Shown piece after piece: positions 29,460 to 39,867 of a stretch of 64,000 bases of DNA (its first letter is position 1; every line of letters starts with the position of its first letter). Source of the DNA: Candidatus Omnitrophota bacterium (GTDB lineage: Bacteria; Omnitrophota; Gorgyraeia; Gygaellales; Profunditerraquicolaceae); NCBI GenBank assembly GCA_028716245.1, contig JAQUQW010000004.1, positions 4,630-68,629 of the forward strand. Reading direction: 5' to 3'. A model generated the notes under the pieces. That model did not search any database. It saw nothing but the letters and a program-made list of their open reading frames with translations, and was not told the origin of the DNA. The position numbers and the translations under genes were made by a program.

Positions 29460-30715
29460 CAAGTACCCATCTCCCAGCTGGCTAGATATTTTCTCTGCTC
29501 CGCGGTCAAGGTATCAATCGCAATCCCCATCGACTGAAGTTTGAGCTTGGCGATATTTTTATCGATATCTTCCGGAACAGTATAAACCTGTTTTTTTAAT
29601 TTGCGGTAATTTTTAGCCATATATTCGGCAGAAAGAGCCTGGTTGGCAAAAGACATATCCATAACGCTGGCCGGATGGCCTTCGGCTGCGGCTAAATTAA
29701 TCAAACGGCCTTCCCCTAAAACATAAATTTTGCGATTATTTTTTAAGGTATATTCGTCAACAAAATCCCGGGTTGCCCGCTTGGATTTGGAGATGCTGGC
29801 TAAACCCGGAATATCGATCTCAACATTAAAATGGCCGGAGTTAGCGACAATTGCCCCGTCCTTCATTAGGCCAAAGTGCTCTTTACGGATAACATTGATA
29901 TCACCGGTGACCGTAATAAAAATATCCCCTATTTTGGCGGCTTTTTTAATCGGCATAACTTCAAAGCCGTCCATCGTGGCCTCCAGAGCCCGCAGAGGAT
30001 CAACTTCAATAACAATTACTTTGGCTCCCATTCCTTTTGCGCGCATCGCCGTGCCTTTACCGCACCAACCGTAACCGCAGACTACAAAATTAGACCCGGC
30101 AATTAATTTATTGGTTGAACGGATGACCCCGTCAAGCGTAGACTGTCCTGTGCCGTAACGGTTATCAAAAAGATGTTTGGTTTGCGCGTCATTAACCGCA
30201 ATTATCGGATAGCGTAACTTTCCTTCCTGCGCCAAAGCGCGCAGGCGGATGACTCCGGTAGTTGTCTCTTCGGTTCCTCCGATAATATTAGCATGCATCC
30301 CGGATGGACGCTGATGAATGGTACTCACCAGGTCGGCGCCGTCATCCATAGTAATATCCGGCTTTACCGCGAGGGCGGATTTCAAATGCAGGTAATAAGT
30401 TTTGGTATCTTCGCCCTTAATGGCGAAAACAGCCACCTTTAAATCTTTTACTAAAGAAGCAGCTACATCATCCTGGGTCGAAAGAGGATTGGATGCGCAA
30501 AGATACGCCTCTGCCCCGCCTGATTTTAAGACATCCGCCAATACCGCGGTCTCAGTGGTAACATGCAGGCAACAGGCAACCTTTAGCCCCTTTAAAGGCT
30601 TCTCTTTTAAAAACTTTTGTTTGATTAAACCAAGCACAGGCATATTTTTAGAGGCCCACTCAATCCTTAGAGCGCCTTTCTTAGCTAACTTTATATCTTT
30701 AATATCGTATTTCAT
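29459..30715 (-). CDS. ahcY: Adenosylhomocysteinase.
   Basis: 418 aa with the NAD-binding GYGWCGKG-type motif and the SAHH N-domain. Confidence 0.95.
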   Translation of the reverse strand: MKYDIKDIKLAKKGALRIEWASKNMPVLGLIKQKFLKEKPLKGLKVACCLHVTTETAVLADVLKSGGAEAYLCASNPLSTQDDVAASLVKDLKVAVFAIKGEDTKTYYLHLKSALAVKPDITMDDGADLVSTIHQRPSGMHANIIGGTEETTTGVIRLRALAQEGKLRYPIIAVNDAQTKHLFDNRYGTGQSTLDGVIRSTNKLIAGSNFVVCGYGWCGKGTAMRAKGMGAKVIVIEVDPLRALEATMDGFEVMPIKKAAKIGDIFITVTGDINVIRKEHFGLMKDGAIVANSGHFNVEIDIPGLASISKSKRATRDFVDEYTLKNNRKIYVLGEGRLINLAAAEGHPASVMDMSFANQALSAEYMAKNYRKLKKQVYTVPEDIDKNIAKLKLQSMGIAIDTLTAEQRKYLASWEMGT

Positions 30716-30728
30716 TACTTATCCTCTC

Positions 30729-30775
30729 TTGCCCGCACGGGCACACCCGCGCAATTCCTTATAAGCGCGGGGTGT
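30729..30775. repeat. REP-like palindromic element CTTGCCCGCACGGGCACACCCGCGCAATTCCTTATAAGCGCGGGGTG in the metK-ahcY spacer.
   Basis: 10-bp stem ACACCCGCGC/GCGCGGGGTG with a 13-nt loop. It is nearly identical to 36724-36755. Confidence 0.5.
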
Positions 30776-30777
30776 CA

Positions 30778-31947
30778 TTATAAACAACTGGCTTGCTTTT
30801 TCAAAATTTGCACCTTGTCCGCCTTCTCCCACAGAAATTCCGGCTCCGGCCTGCCAAAATGCCCGTAGCTGGCGGTCTTCCTATATATGGGGCGGCGTAA
30901 CCTCAATGAATCAATAATTCCTTTAGGCCTAAGCTGGAAATTCTGCCTAACCAGCTTAACCAAAGCCTCCTCCGGAACAACCGATGTCCCTTCGGTCTTG
31001 ACCATAACCGACAAAGGATCCGCGTGGCCGATCACATAAGCAAGCTGAATAAGGCATTTATCCGCCAGACCGGCTGCCACGATATTTTTAGCGATATAAC
31101 GGCACATATACGCTGCGGATCGGTCAACTTTAGTCGGATCCTTGCCGGAAAATGCCCCGCCGCCATGCGCAACTGCTCCGCCATAAGTATCCACAATTAT
31201 TTTTCTTCCGGTCATACCCGTATCGGATTGCGGCCCGCCGACTACAAATTTACCCGTCTGATTAACATAATATTTGGTACCTTTATCCACCCAGCCGCGA
31301 AGTACGGGTCCGGCAACCTGGCGGATAATCTCCTGGCGCGCTTTTTCAGTAATACGTTTGCCGCTTCGATCCAAGATATCCTCGGTATGCTGTGAAGCTA
31401 AAACTACCGAATCAACCCGCACGGGTTTACCACAATCATACTCAACAGTAACCTGGGTTTTGCCGTCCGGGCCAAGATATTTTAAAATATTATTTTTACG
31501 GACCTCGGTCAAGCGCATCGCCAGCTTCTGCGCTAACATCAAAGCCAGCGGCATTAATTCCTCGGTCTCATTACAAGCATAACCAAACATTATCCCCTGG
31601 TCTCCGGCTCCGCCGACATCAACCCCTTGCGATATATCCGGTGACTGGGAATGGATGGCATTAAGAATAGCGCAGGTATGAAAATCAAACCCGTATTTAG
31701 GATGATTATAACCTATTTCTTCAATTATCTTCCTGCCTATATCATGCACATGTATAAAACCGCGCGTGGTAATTTCACCCCCCACGATCAAAAGCCCCAT
31801 GGTTACGTAAGTTTCGCAGGCTACGCGCGAATAAGGATCACTTTTTAAACAGGCATCCAGGACCCCATCTGAGATCTGATCACATAACTTATCCGGATGG
31901 CCTTCGGTTACTGACTCTGAAGTAAAATAAAACTTCGACGCCGACAT
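30778..31947 (-). CDS. metK: S-adenosylmethionine synthetase. The start is corrected to ATG ([20 protein letters not shown]) with an AGGAGGA RBS. The ORF-track TTG start at 31971 is spurious.
   Basis: [24 protein letters not shown] signatures. Confidence 0.95.
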   Translation of the reverse strand: MSASKFYFTSESVTEGHPDKLCDQISDGVLDACLKSDPYSRVACETYVTMGLLIVGGEITTRGFIHVHDIGRKIIEEIGYNHPKYGFDFHTCAILNAIHSQSPDISQGVDVGGAGDQGIMFGYACNETEELMPLALMLAQKLAMRLTEVRKNNILKYLGPDGKTQVTVEYDCGKPVRVDSVVLASQHTEDILDRSGKRITEKARQEIIRQVAGPVLRGWVDKGTKYYVNQTGKFVVGGPQSDTGMTGRKIIVDTYGGAVAHGGGAFSGKDPTKVDRSAAYMCRYIAKNIVAAGLADKCLIQLAYVIGHADPLSVMVKTEGTSVVPEEALVKLVRQNFQLRPKGIIDSLRLRRPIYRKTASYGHFGRPEPEFLWEKADKVQILKKQASCL

Positions 31948-31960
31948 TTCTCCTCCTAAA

Positions 31961-32704
31961 TTATTGGGCAAAAATTTTTTTTGCCGCGTTTAAATACTTG
32001 TAATCACCGATATCAAACCAGGAACCGCCAAATACATACCCATAAACATCTACCTTATCTTTAAGCCAGGCGATATAGCTACCGGTGGCATCAACCCTAT
32101 TGGCTTTTTTATTTTGGATATACTGCCTAACCAGGCTTAAATGATCTTTAGGTATATAATACAGGCACATGGCTACCAGGGAACTCTGCGGTTTTCTGGG
32201 TTTTTCTTCAAAACTAATTACTCTCTTGCGGTTATCCAGTTTAACTACCCCATAACGGCTGGCATCCTTCTTCTGCCCTAGCGCATATAAACCCAGGCTT
32301 ACAGCCGGCCTTCTTTTTACGGAAGAACCCAGGAACCCCTTCAAAGAACCACTGAATAAATTATCACCGCCGATTACCAGAAGATCTTCCCGGACCTTCT
32401 GCCTTTTAACCACAAAATTTATATCTCCGATAGCTCCCAGCCTATCCCGGTTATTTTTAGTCAGGTCATCGATCAGCGTAATTTTCTTGGACGATTTAAC
32501 TGATTTTACCCACTGACGAAAGTTAAGAATAAATTTCCTGTTGGTTACGATATAAATTTCATCAACACCGGAAATCGCGTTTAATTTGTCAACGATATAA
32601 TTTATAATCGGCCTGCCTTTTACCTCTAAAAGCGGCTTAGGGTACTTTTTGGTTAAAGGGTAGAGCCGGGTTGCGTATCCGGCAGCTAAAATCAACGCCT
32701 TCAC
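31961..32704 (-). CDS. Sugar-phosphate nucleotidyltransferase (NTP-transferase family). GTG start with a GGGGG RBS.
   Basis: [18 protein letters not shown]...PKPLL N-terminal nucleotide-binding motif. 247 aa. Confidence 0.65.
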   Translation of the reverse strand: MKALILAAGYATRLYPLTKKYPKPLLEVKGRPIINYIVDKLNAISGVDEIYIVTNRKFILNFRQWVKSVKSSKKITLIDDLTKNNRDRLGAIGDINFVVKRQKVREDLLVIGGDNLFSGSLKGFLGSSVKRRPAVSLGLYALGQKKDASRYGVVKLDNRKRVISFEEKPRKPQSSLVAMCLYYIPKDHLSLVRQYIQNKKANRVDATGSYIAWLKDKVDVYGYVFGGSWFDIGDYKYLNAAKKIFAQ

Positions 32705-32759
32705 TTATCCCCCTCTACAAAGCTTCGGGGGATTTCGCCAGACAGAAACTTTAAGGTAC

Positions 32760-34490
32760 TCATTTTAAAATCTCCGCCAGTTTATTTTGAGCAAACTCCT
32801 CTACCTGGGTGCCGGTTAAAAGCTTCATCGCCTCATTGGCAAATCCCTGCGCGCCTTTAAATCCAACAGCGCGGATTATATATTTTAGCTCCGGGATAAT
32901 CTGCGGCGGCATACTAAACTCATCAAGCCCCAGGCCCAAGAGAATGAGCGCCAAGGACGGATCCCCGGCCATCTCTCCGCACATCGCTACTTTAATTTTA
33001 GCATTATGGGCGGCATCAATAATGTTCTTGACTAACCTTAAGATTGCCGGATGCGCCGGCTCATAAAGATAGGCGACTTTTTCATTGGCCCGATCAACTG
33101 CCAAAGAGTACTGAATTAGGTCATTAGTGCCAATACTGAAGAAATCCGCCTCCTTAGCTAAAATATCGGCGGTCATTGCCGCCGAAGGGACTTCAATCAT
33201 TACCCCCACCCGGATTTGGTCGTTAAAAGCCAAACCATTCTTCCTTAGCTCCTCTTTGGCTTCATCAAGCAGGAGATTGGCTTGGCGCAACTCATCTATC
33301 CCGGAAATCATAGGATACATTAGTTTAAGATTACCGTGCACTGAAGCCCTAAGAATTGCCCGTAACTGCAGTTTAAATATATCCGGCCGCGCCAGGCAAA
33401 ATCTAATCGCCCTCCAGCCTAAAAATGGCTGCATCTCATACGGAATTTTAAACTGGGATAGAAATTTATCTCCTCCGATATCCAGGGTACGAATCACTAC
33501 CGAATGCGGATTCATCGCTTGGGCAACATATTTATAAGCCTGATAATGCTCTTCTTCAGTGGGTGAATCCTTGCGATTCATGTAAAAAAACTCTGTGCGA
33601 TAAAGCCCAATACCTTCGCTGCCATGCAGTTTAACTGAAGACACCTCATCGGGAAATTCAATATTGGCGCTTACCATAACCACCCTGCCATCAGTGGTAA
33701 TTGCCGGCAGGTCTTTAACCGACAGGAATCTTTCCGCGATACCTTTTAATTTCTCAAGTTTCTGGCGATAACTCCTAAGCGTTTCCTCATCCGGATCAAT
33801 AATCACTATGCCCATACTGCCATCGACAATAAGGATGTCTCCCGGATTAACCTTGGCGGTAATTGTTTCCAAACCCACTACCGCCGGTATTTCAAGGGAT
33901 TTGGCCATAATGGCGGTATGCGAAGTTTTTCCTCCGATATCGGTAACAAAAGCAGCGACATTCTTAGTATGCATTGCCGCGGTATCCGAAGGAGAAAGGT
34001 CATGGGCGACAATGATCGCTTTTTCTTTAATATCTTCCAAAACCTTCTTCTCTTTACCTAAAAGGTTCCTTAATATCCTCCTGCCGACATCATTAATATC
34101 GGCAATGCGCTCCTTAAGGTATTCATCCTCGATTTTCAAGAAGACACCGATATATTTTTTCAAAACTTCCGAGAAAACATAGGCAACATTAAGCTGCTCC
34201 TTCTTCAGGCGGGAGATAACCTCTTCAATGAGCATCCGATCTTCCAAAACCAGAAGGTGCGCATCAAAGATCTGAGCTTCCTCCTGGCCCATATCCGAGC
34301 TGATCCTCTTTTGCAGTTCGATAATTTCGCGGCGGGTCTTAATCAGCGCTTCTTCGAAAAGCTGGATCTGCGCGGGGATATCTTCCCACTTGATTGCTTC
34401 CCGCAGGACAATAAACTCCTCGCTTCCGATTTTATAAACCGGCCCGATACTTATGCCGCTGGCAGCCGCTATTCCCTTTAGTTGAATCAT
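32760..34490 (-). CDS. ptsI: Phosphoenolpyruvate-protein phosphotransferase (PTS Enzyme I).
   Basis: GGKTSHTAIMAKSLEIPAVVG active-site His region and the PEP-utilising C-terminal domain. Confidence 0.95.
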   Translation of the reverse strand: MIQLKGIAAASGISIGPVYKIGSEEFIVLREAIKWEDIPAQIQLFEEALIKTRREIIELQKRISSDMGQEEAQIFDAHLLVLEDRMLIEEVISRLKKEQLNVAYVFSEVLKKYIGVFLKIEDEYLKERIADINDVGRRILRNLLGKEKKVLEDIKEKAIIVAHDLSPSDTAAMHTKNVAAFVTDIGGKTSHTAIMAKSLEIPAVVGLETITAKVNPGDILIVDGSMGIVIIDPDEETLRSYRQKLEKLKGIAERFLSVKDLPAITTDGRVVMVSANIEFPDEVSSVKLHGSEGIGLYRTEFFYMNRKDSPTEEEHYQAYKYVAQAMNPHSVVIRTLDIGGDKFLSQFKIPYEMQPFLGWRAIRFCLARPDIFKLQLRAILRASVHGNLKLMYPMISGIDELRQANLLLDEAKEELRKNGLAFNDQIRVGVMIEVPSAAMTADILAKEADFFSIGTNDLIQYSLAVDRANEKVAYLYEPAHPAILRLVKNIIDAAHNAKIKVAMCGEMAGDPSLALILLGLGLDEFSMPPQIIPELKYIIRAVGFKGAQGFANEAMKLLTGTQVEEFAQNKLAEILK

Positions 34491-34756
34491 AATTCTTCCT
34501 CGCTGCTAATTATCTTCTCTAATTCTTCCAATGCTTTCTCCGCATCAGCCCCGTCTGCTTCAATAATGATCAAACTGCCCTTTTCCGCTCCAAGCATAAG
34601 AATACCCATTATGGATTTACCGTTGACCTCTTCAGCATCACGGCGCACGGTAATCCGCGCGTCAAATTTATTGGCTACCTGCACGAATATGGCGGCCGGC
34701 CGGGCATGCAACCCTTGTTTATTCTTTACGACTAGTTCTTTTTTAATTAAACCCAT
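34487..34756 (-). CDS. ptsH: Phosphocarrier protein HPr.
   Basis: GLHARPA (His15) and the regulatory Ser region GKSIMG. 89 aa. Confidence 0.9.
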   Translation of the reverse strand: MGLIKKELVVKNKQGLHARPAAIFVQVANKFDARITVRRDAEEVNGKSIMGILMLGAEKGSLIIIEADGADAEKALEELEKIISSEEEL

Positions 34757-34758
34757 GC

Positions 34759-36000
34759 TTAGATCTCTTCAATAAAACTTAAAATAATTTTTGCTAACTT
34801 TTCCGGGTCATGCCGGATTACCCCGTCTACAATCATGCCGAAATCTTCCTCGACCACCCGGTAACCAACTCCCTCTACCTTCTTACGGTCGTTAGTTACA
34901 ATGACCGATTTATCTTTGGAATAGCGCCCCAGGATTTCCTGCGGCACCTCTCCATTATTCACCAGGCAATAATCCAGGATGCGGACGTGGCTATGTTTTA
35001 CCAAAGCCTTAATATGATCGGAAACGCTGTAGCCATCGGTCTCGCCAGACTGAGTCATCATATTACAAACATAAACCTTTAATGCCTCAGACTCGGCAAT
35101 TTCCTTGGTTATCTCCTTAATTAAGAGATTGGGAATTATGCTCGTATATAAAGAACCCGGCCCTAGAATAATAATCTGCGCTTCCCTGATTGCCTTTAAG
35201 GCATCTTGGGTGGCCGGCGGCTGTTCGGGAGTAAGGTTGACCCGGTTAATCGCCTTCCTGGCCCTGGGAATCTGGTCTTCTCCGATCACTGTTGAACCAT
35301 CATTAAAATGGGCCACCAGCGTGACATCCTCAAGCGTAGAAGGAATAACCTGCCCCCGTAAAGCCAAAACCTTACTGGTTTCCTTAATCGCCTTTTCAAA
35401 ATCACCGGTCAAGCGGGTCATCACCGTCAGGAAGAGATTGCCGAAGGAATGCCCGGAAAATTCCGAATTCCCATCAAAACGGAACTGAAAAAGATCCCGC
35501 ATCAACGCCGGGGCATCAGCCAGGGCAACCAGGCAGTTACGAATATCCCCGGGAGGCAAAACATCAAACTGCTGCCGCAAGCGTCCGCTTGAACCTCCAT
35601 TATCCGCTACTGTAACTACAGCGGAGATATTCGATGAATAGTTTTTTAACCCGCTTAAAAGAACCGATAACCCTGTACCGCCGCCTACGGCAACGATACG
35701 CGGGCCGCGGCTTAATTGTTTTTTCTGATACAAAATATCGATTAACTCTGTACCCCTGGAAGATGGGGCAAATACCGCGATAAAAGAACGCATCATCCTC
35801 TTGATGCCCAGGATTAAAATTATAATTCCCGAAATTACGATCAAAGCATCCAGGAATTGAATCAGCCAGAACTCTTCGCTGCGCAGATTAGCGGTTCCTA
35901 AAATCAAAAGCGCTACTCCAAAAGCGCTTAAACCGATCCAGCGCTTGATCCCTATGCCCGGATAAAACCATTTTAAGATGCCGGTTACGATAGATTTCAT
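34759..36000 (-). CDS. yvcK: YvcK/UPF0052 (CofD-like) gluconeogenesis-factor family protein with an extra N-terminal two-helix membrane anchor.
   Basis: IVAVGGGTGLS...ADNGGSSGRLR core. The first ~80 aa contain two hydrophobic helices. Confidence 0.8.
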   Translation of the reverse strand: MKSIVTGILKWFYPGIGIKRWIGLSAFGVALLILGTANLRSEEFWLIQFLDALIVISGIIILILGIKRMMRSFIAVFAPSSRGTELIDILYQKKQLSRGPRIVAVGGGTGLSVLLSGLKNYSSNISAVVTVADNGGSSGRLRQQFDVLPPGDIRNCLVALADAPALMRDLFQFRFDGNSEFSGHSFGNLFLTVMTRLTGDFEKAIKETSKVLALRGQVIPSTLEDVTLVAHFNDGSTVIGEDQIPRARKAINRVNLTPEQPPATQDALKAIREAQIIILGPGSLYTSIIPNLLIKEITKEIAESEALKVYVCNMMTQSGETDGYSVSDHIKALVKHSHVRILDYCLVNNGEVPQEILGRYSKDKSVIVTNDRKKVEGVGYRVVEEDFGMIVDGVIRHDPEKLAKIILSFIEEI

Positions 36001-36009
36001 TTTTGTGGG

Positions 36010-36480
36010 CTAAATCTTTTTTTCGTCTTCCTGCGTGATAATCTTGATTACGGATTTATCATCCATGCAGGTACGCAGGGTATCACGAAAATATTTATCC
36101 TTTAACAGGCGTGATATCCTGGCTAAAGCCTTAAGATGCGGGCCGGCGGAATCCTGCGGGGCGACCAGTAAAAAGAAAATATACGCTAATTCCCCGTCTA
36201 GAGAATCAAAATCCACGCCTTTCTTGGAAAGCCCGAAAGCCGCCACTAACTTATCTACACAGTCACATTTTGCGTGCGGTATGGCTATGCCTTGGCCGAT
36301 GGCAGTAGAGCCCAGGGCCTCCCTGGACATAAGGGAATCAATGAGCTTGCCGCGGTTGCGTTTCTCGACATCGCCGGATTCGATCAGAAGATCGACCATC
36401 TCATTAATCACATCTTCTTTTCGGGTAGATTTTATATCGGTGAGAATTGCCTTTTTGGAAAGAAAATCCATTATCTGCAT
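36010..36480 (-). CDS. ptsN: PTS EIIA-Ntr (PtsN-type, fructose-family IIA regulatory protein).
   Basis: GIAIPHAK active-site His motif. 156 aa. Confidence 0.8.
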   Translation of the reverse strand: MQIMDFLSKKAILTDIKSTRKEDVINEMVDLLIESGDVEKRNRGKLIDSLMSREALGSTAIGQGIAIPHAKCDCVDKLVAAFGLSKKGVDFDSLDGELAYIFFLLVAPQDSAGPHLKALARISRLLKDKYFRDTLRTCMDDKSVIKIITQEDEKKI

Positions 36481-36613
36481 TTGTTTCTCCTTTAAATGAG
36501 CGCTTAACTTACGAATGCAACGTGCGAGTAAGTTAATGCGCGAATTTATCCCGCCGAATAATTTGAGACGGGATCTAAATTACCTATCCTACTACCTTAG
36601 AACTAAAGAACTA

Positions 36614-36687
<74 letters not shown>

Positions 36688-36723
36688 GATACCTATCGCG
36701 CACCGACGTCCTCTACCAAGAGG

Positions 36724-36755
36724 ACACCCGCGCAATACCTTATAAGCGCGGGGTG
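36724..36755. repeat. REP-like palindrome ACACCCGCGCAATACCTTATAAGCGCGGGGTG between tRNA-Leu and tRNA-Gly (followed by CTTTTTG on the plus strand).
   Basis: It matches the 30743-30775 copy with two loop substitutions. Confidence 0.45.
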
Positions 36756-36785
36756 CTTTTTGCTACTCGGGTGCTGCAAGTTTCT

Positions 36786-36867
36786 TGGGCGGAAGAGGAC
36801 TTGAACCTCCAAGGGTTGCCCCAATAGCTCCTAAGGCTATCGCGTCTGCCAATTTCGCCATCCGCCC
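36786..36867 (-). tRNA. tRNA-Leu (anticodon TAG), 82 nt with a long variable arm.
   Basis: Manual fold: GGGCGGA acceptor stem, anticodon stem-loop ATAGC-CTTAGGA-GCTAT, 13-nt variable arm, T-arm GGAGGTTCAAGTCCTCT. Confidence 0.85.
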
Positions 36868-36907
36868 TAGAACGGGCACTACCTGCATCCTCTCCTGCTG
36901 AATTTAT

Positions 36908-36980
36908 TGAGCCTCCCGCGACTCGAACGCGGCACAACCACATTAAAAGTGTGGTGCTCTACCGGATGAGCTAGAGGCCC
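36908..36980 (-). tRNA. tRNA-Lys (anticodon TTT), 73 nt.
   Basis: Manual fold: GGGCCTC acceptor stem, D-arm GCTCATCCGGTAGAGC, anticodon stem-loop CCACA-CTTTTAA-TGTGG, T-arm CCGCGTTCGAGTCGCGG. Confidence 0.85.
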
Positions 36981-36985
36981 AAAAT

Positions 36986-37546
36986 CTAAAATTCCAAAAT
37001 TTCTTTTTCTTTAACCTTTAAAATTTCGTCGATCTTAGCGATATATTTATCAACAATTTTCTGTAATTCGTCAACTCCGCGGAATTTCTCGTCTTCGGAG
37101 ACAATTTTGTCCTTCTCCATTTTCTCCACGGCTTCTTTGGCGTCCCTTCTGATAGTACGCAGGGATACCCGGCCGTCTTCGGCCATTTTATGGGCCAACT
37201 TGGCCATCTCCTGGCGCCTCTCTTTGGATAACTGGGGGACAGCGATCCGGATTATCTTTCCGTCATTGGAAGGGCTGACTCCCAGGTTGGATTTTAGAAT
37301 CGCCTTCTCAATCTCAACAATCGCGGAAACATCCCAAGGCTGAATAACAATCAAATGCGCGTCCGGGGCCGATATGGCTGCCAGCTGTTTTAACATGGTC
37401 GGCGTCCCATAATAATCAATATGCAGGCCTTCGACCAAACTCGGAGAAGCCCTGCCGGTCCTGACTTCATGGAATTGGCGGTTCATCGAATCAAAAGCCT
37501 TCTTCATCTTCTCTTCAGTATTAAATAATATTTCTTTAATAGACAT
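36986..37546 (-). CDS. frr: Ribosome recycling factor.
   Basis: 186 aa, RRF family pattern. Confidence 0.95.
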   Translation of the reverse strand: MSIKEILFNTEEKMKKAFDSMNRQFHEVRTGRASPSLVEGLHIDYYGTPTMLKQLAAISAPDAHLIVIQPWDVSAIVEIEKAILKSNLGVSPSNDGKIIRIAVPQLSKERRQEMAKLAHKMAEDGRVSLRTIRRDAKEAVEKMEKDKIVSEDEKFRGVDELQKIVDKYIAKIDEILKVKEKEILEF

Positions 37547-37562
37547 ACCCGCTTACCTCCGA

Positions 37563-38285
37563 TTATCTTACGACGGTACCAATATTCTCACCCAAAATTA
37601 CGCGCCGGATATTACCTAAGCGATTAAGGTTAAAAACCACGATGGGTAATTTATTATCCATGCACAAGCTGACTGCCGTGGCGTCCATCACCTTTAATCC
37701 CTTTTTAAGCACATCGATATATTTTAACCGGCTGAATTTTTTGGCGTCCTTTACTTTCAGCGGATCGGCGGAATAAACCCCATCGACCTTGGTGGCTTTT
37801 AAAATCGCGCCGGCGTTAATCTCCATGGCCCGCAGGGCGGCGGCCGTATCAGTAGTAAAATAAGGATTGCCGGTGCCGGCAACAAAAATTACTACCCGGC
37901 CCTTTTCTAAATGCCGGATCGCCCTTCTTCTAATGTAAGGTTCGGCTATCTTTTGCATCTCAATTGCCGTCATCACCCTGGTCGGCACGCCTGTTTTCTC
38001 CAGCGCGTCCTGCAGCGAAAGCCCGTTGATTACCGTGGCCAGCATCCCCATATAATCCGCGACGGAGCGGTCCATATCCAGGCCGCGGCAAGCAGTATTC
38101 TCCTGGCCGCGCAGGATATTGCCCGCGCCTAAAACAACAGCGACATCTACCGCTAAATCCCGGATTTCTTTAATCTGACGCGAGATAGAAATAAGCACTT
38201 GCGGGTCAATGCCATGCGTATTTTTTCCAGCCAGGGCCTCGCCGCTTATTTTAAGGACGATTCTTTTGTAAACCGGTTTGACCAT
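37563..38285 (-). CDS. pyrH: UMP kinase.
   Basis: KISGEAL..., [10 protein letters not shown] motifs. Confidence 0.95.
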   Translation of the reverse strand: MVKPVYKRIVLKISGEALAGKNTHGIDPQVLISISRQIKEIRDLAVDVAVVLGAGNILRGQENTACRGLDMDRSVADYMGMLATVINGLSLQDALEKTGVPTRVMTAIEMQKIAEPYIRRRAIRHLEKGRVVIFVAGTGNPYFTTDTAAALRAMEINAGAILKATKVDGVYSADPLKVKDAKKFSRLKYIDVLKKGLKVMDATAVSLCMDNKLPIVVFNLNRLGNIRRVILGENIGTVVR

Positions 38286-38810
38286 TTATTCGCCAATCTT
38301 GTAGCGGATGAACCTGCGGATAACGATATTTTCGCCGATTTTTGCCACGATGTTACCCAGGTAATCTTTAATCGTTAAACCCGGATCTTTCACAAAAACC
38401 TGCTCTAATAAACAATTATTTTTATAGTAATCTTCTTTGTTTTTTTCATGCTTGAGAATTTCCTCCGGCACATCTTCTTTCTTGATATACTCCGGGCTGG
38501 TAGCGGCAACCTGCATCGCCAGGTCCTTGGTGAATTTAATGAACTCATCGTTGCGGGCGGCAAAATCCGATTCACAGTTAACCTCCAACAAGACTCCGAT
38601 TTTATTGCCATGATGGATATAGCAATCAATCCTGCCTTCTTTGGCGACCCGGCCCTGTTTCTTGGCCGCAACCTCTAAGCCCTGCTTACGTAATAGTATG
38701 ATTGCCTGCTTGATATCGCCTTTGGCCTCCTCTAACGCTTTTTTGCAATGCGCAACACTTGAGCAGGTCAGGCCCCTTAATTCTTTAATCGCGTTAACTG
38801 AACTTTTCAT
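38286..38810 (-). CDS. tsf: Elongation factor Ts (short form).
   Basis: N-terminal UBA-like LR..TG......K.AL motif. 174 aa. Confidence 0.85.
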   Translation of the reverse strand: MKSSVNAIKELRGLTCSSVAHCKKALEEAKGDIKQAIILLRKQGLEVAAKKQGRVAKEGRIDCYIHHGNKIGVLLEVNCESDFAARNDEFIKFTKDLAMQVAATSPEYIKKEDVPEEILKHEKNKEDYYKNNCLLEQVFVKDPGLTIKDYLGNIVAKIGENIVIRRFIRYKIGE

Positions 38811-38817
38811 TTTAAAA

Positions 38818-39711
38818 TTACCCCTTTTTTCTTAGTTTCGGTTTTATTTCTGCTGCCGGTTTCAGGTGGGCCTTTTTTGCCGCCGTAGAATCATCAGTAA
38901 GCGGCTGGCTCTCCTCGACAATCTCTTCGATTTCCTTAATCTTAAGCTCTTCTTCCGGAAGTACCTCCGGAGAAATATCCTGTTTGACGTCTTCTACCTT
39001 AACCCCTTCCTGAGTAAGGTAAGACAAAAACTTTTTTCTTCCTTCGATAATCGTATCCGCGATAATCGAGGTTACCGTGCGGATGGATTTGGTGGCATCA
39101 TCATTACCGGGGATAGGATAATCGACCAGGGCGGGATTGGAATTAGTATCGATTAATCCGATTACCGGGATTCCCAATCTGCGCGCCTCAAGCACCGCGG
39201 TTTCCTCTTTTTTGGTGTCTACGACAAAAACTGCCTTGGGCATCCGCTCCATGAGGACAATCCCGGAGAAATTCTTATTAAGCTTGGCCAGCTCTTTTTC
39301 CAGGAGCGCCACCTCCTTTTTAGTCAGCTTCTCAAATGTCCCGTCCAGGCGCATCTTTTCGATGTCTTTTAAGCGGTTGATGCTCTTTTTAATGGTGGCA
39401 AAATTAGTGAGCATCCCCCCCGGCCAGCGGTCAGTAACGTAATACATCCCGCTGCGGATAGCCTCCTGCTTAATTACATCCTGGGCTTGTTTTTTAGTAC
39501 CCACAAAAAGCACGAATTCACCCTTAGAGGCTATCTCCATTAAAAAATCCCGGGCAGCGTTAATACACTCCTCGGTCTTTTCTAAATCGATAATGTAAAT
39601 ACCGCTTCTTGAACCAAAAATGAACTTCTTCATTTTGGGATTCCAGCGTTTAGTCTGGTGGCCAAAATGCACGCCTGCTTCTAATAGCTGCTTGATCAAT
39701 TCTGATGGCAC
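38818..39711 (-). CDS. rpsB: 30S ribosomal protein S2 with a K/E-rich C-terminal extension. GTG start.
   Basis: [15 protein letters not shown]...RWNPKM signature. Confidence 0.95.
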   Translation of the reverse strand: MPSELIKQLLEAGVHFGHQTKRWNPKMKKFIFGSRSGIYIIDLEKTEECINAARDFLMEIASKGEFVLFVGTKKQAQDVIKQEAIRSGMYYVTDRWPGGMLTNFATIKKSINRLKDIEKMRLDGTFEKLTKKEVALLEKELAKLNKNFSGIVLMERMPKAVFVVDTKKEETAVLEARRLGIPVIGLIDTNSNPALVDYPIPGNDDATKSIRTVTSIIADTIIEGRKKFLSYLTQEGVKVEDVKQDISPEVLPEEELKIKEIEEIVEESQPLTDDSTAAKKAHLKPAAEIKPKLRKKG

Positions 39712-39839
39712 TTTTCTTTTCCCCCTTCTTCGTATTTCTTTATTATTGGTTAATATTCTTTCCTTTTTCGTTATAAAAAATAACGTGCCTAAATCACTTA
39801 AAATTTCCCCAGATATTAGGCTAGGAAGTTAATCGGGTA

Positions 39840-39867
39840 ATTATAGCAAAATTTTGTTTATTTGCAA
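39840..39867 (-). promoter_or_regulatory. Putative sigma70 promoter TTGCAA -16- TATAAT (TGn extended -10) for rpsB-tsf-pyrH-frr, leaving a ~125-nt leader.
   Basis: Minus strand TTGCAAataaacaaaattttgcTATAATtacc. Confidence 0.45.

Noticed and set aside
36500-36542. Hairpin between tRNA-Gly and ptsN as a rho-independent terminator.
   Set aside because: The ~12-bp stem (GCGCTTAACTTAC / GTAAGTTAATGCGC) has no U-tract on the transcribed (minus) strand. I treated it as a possible processing site only.
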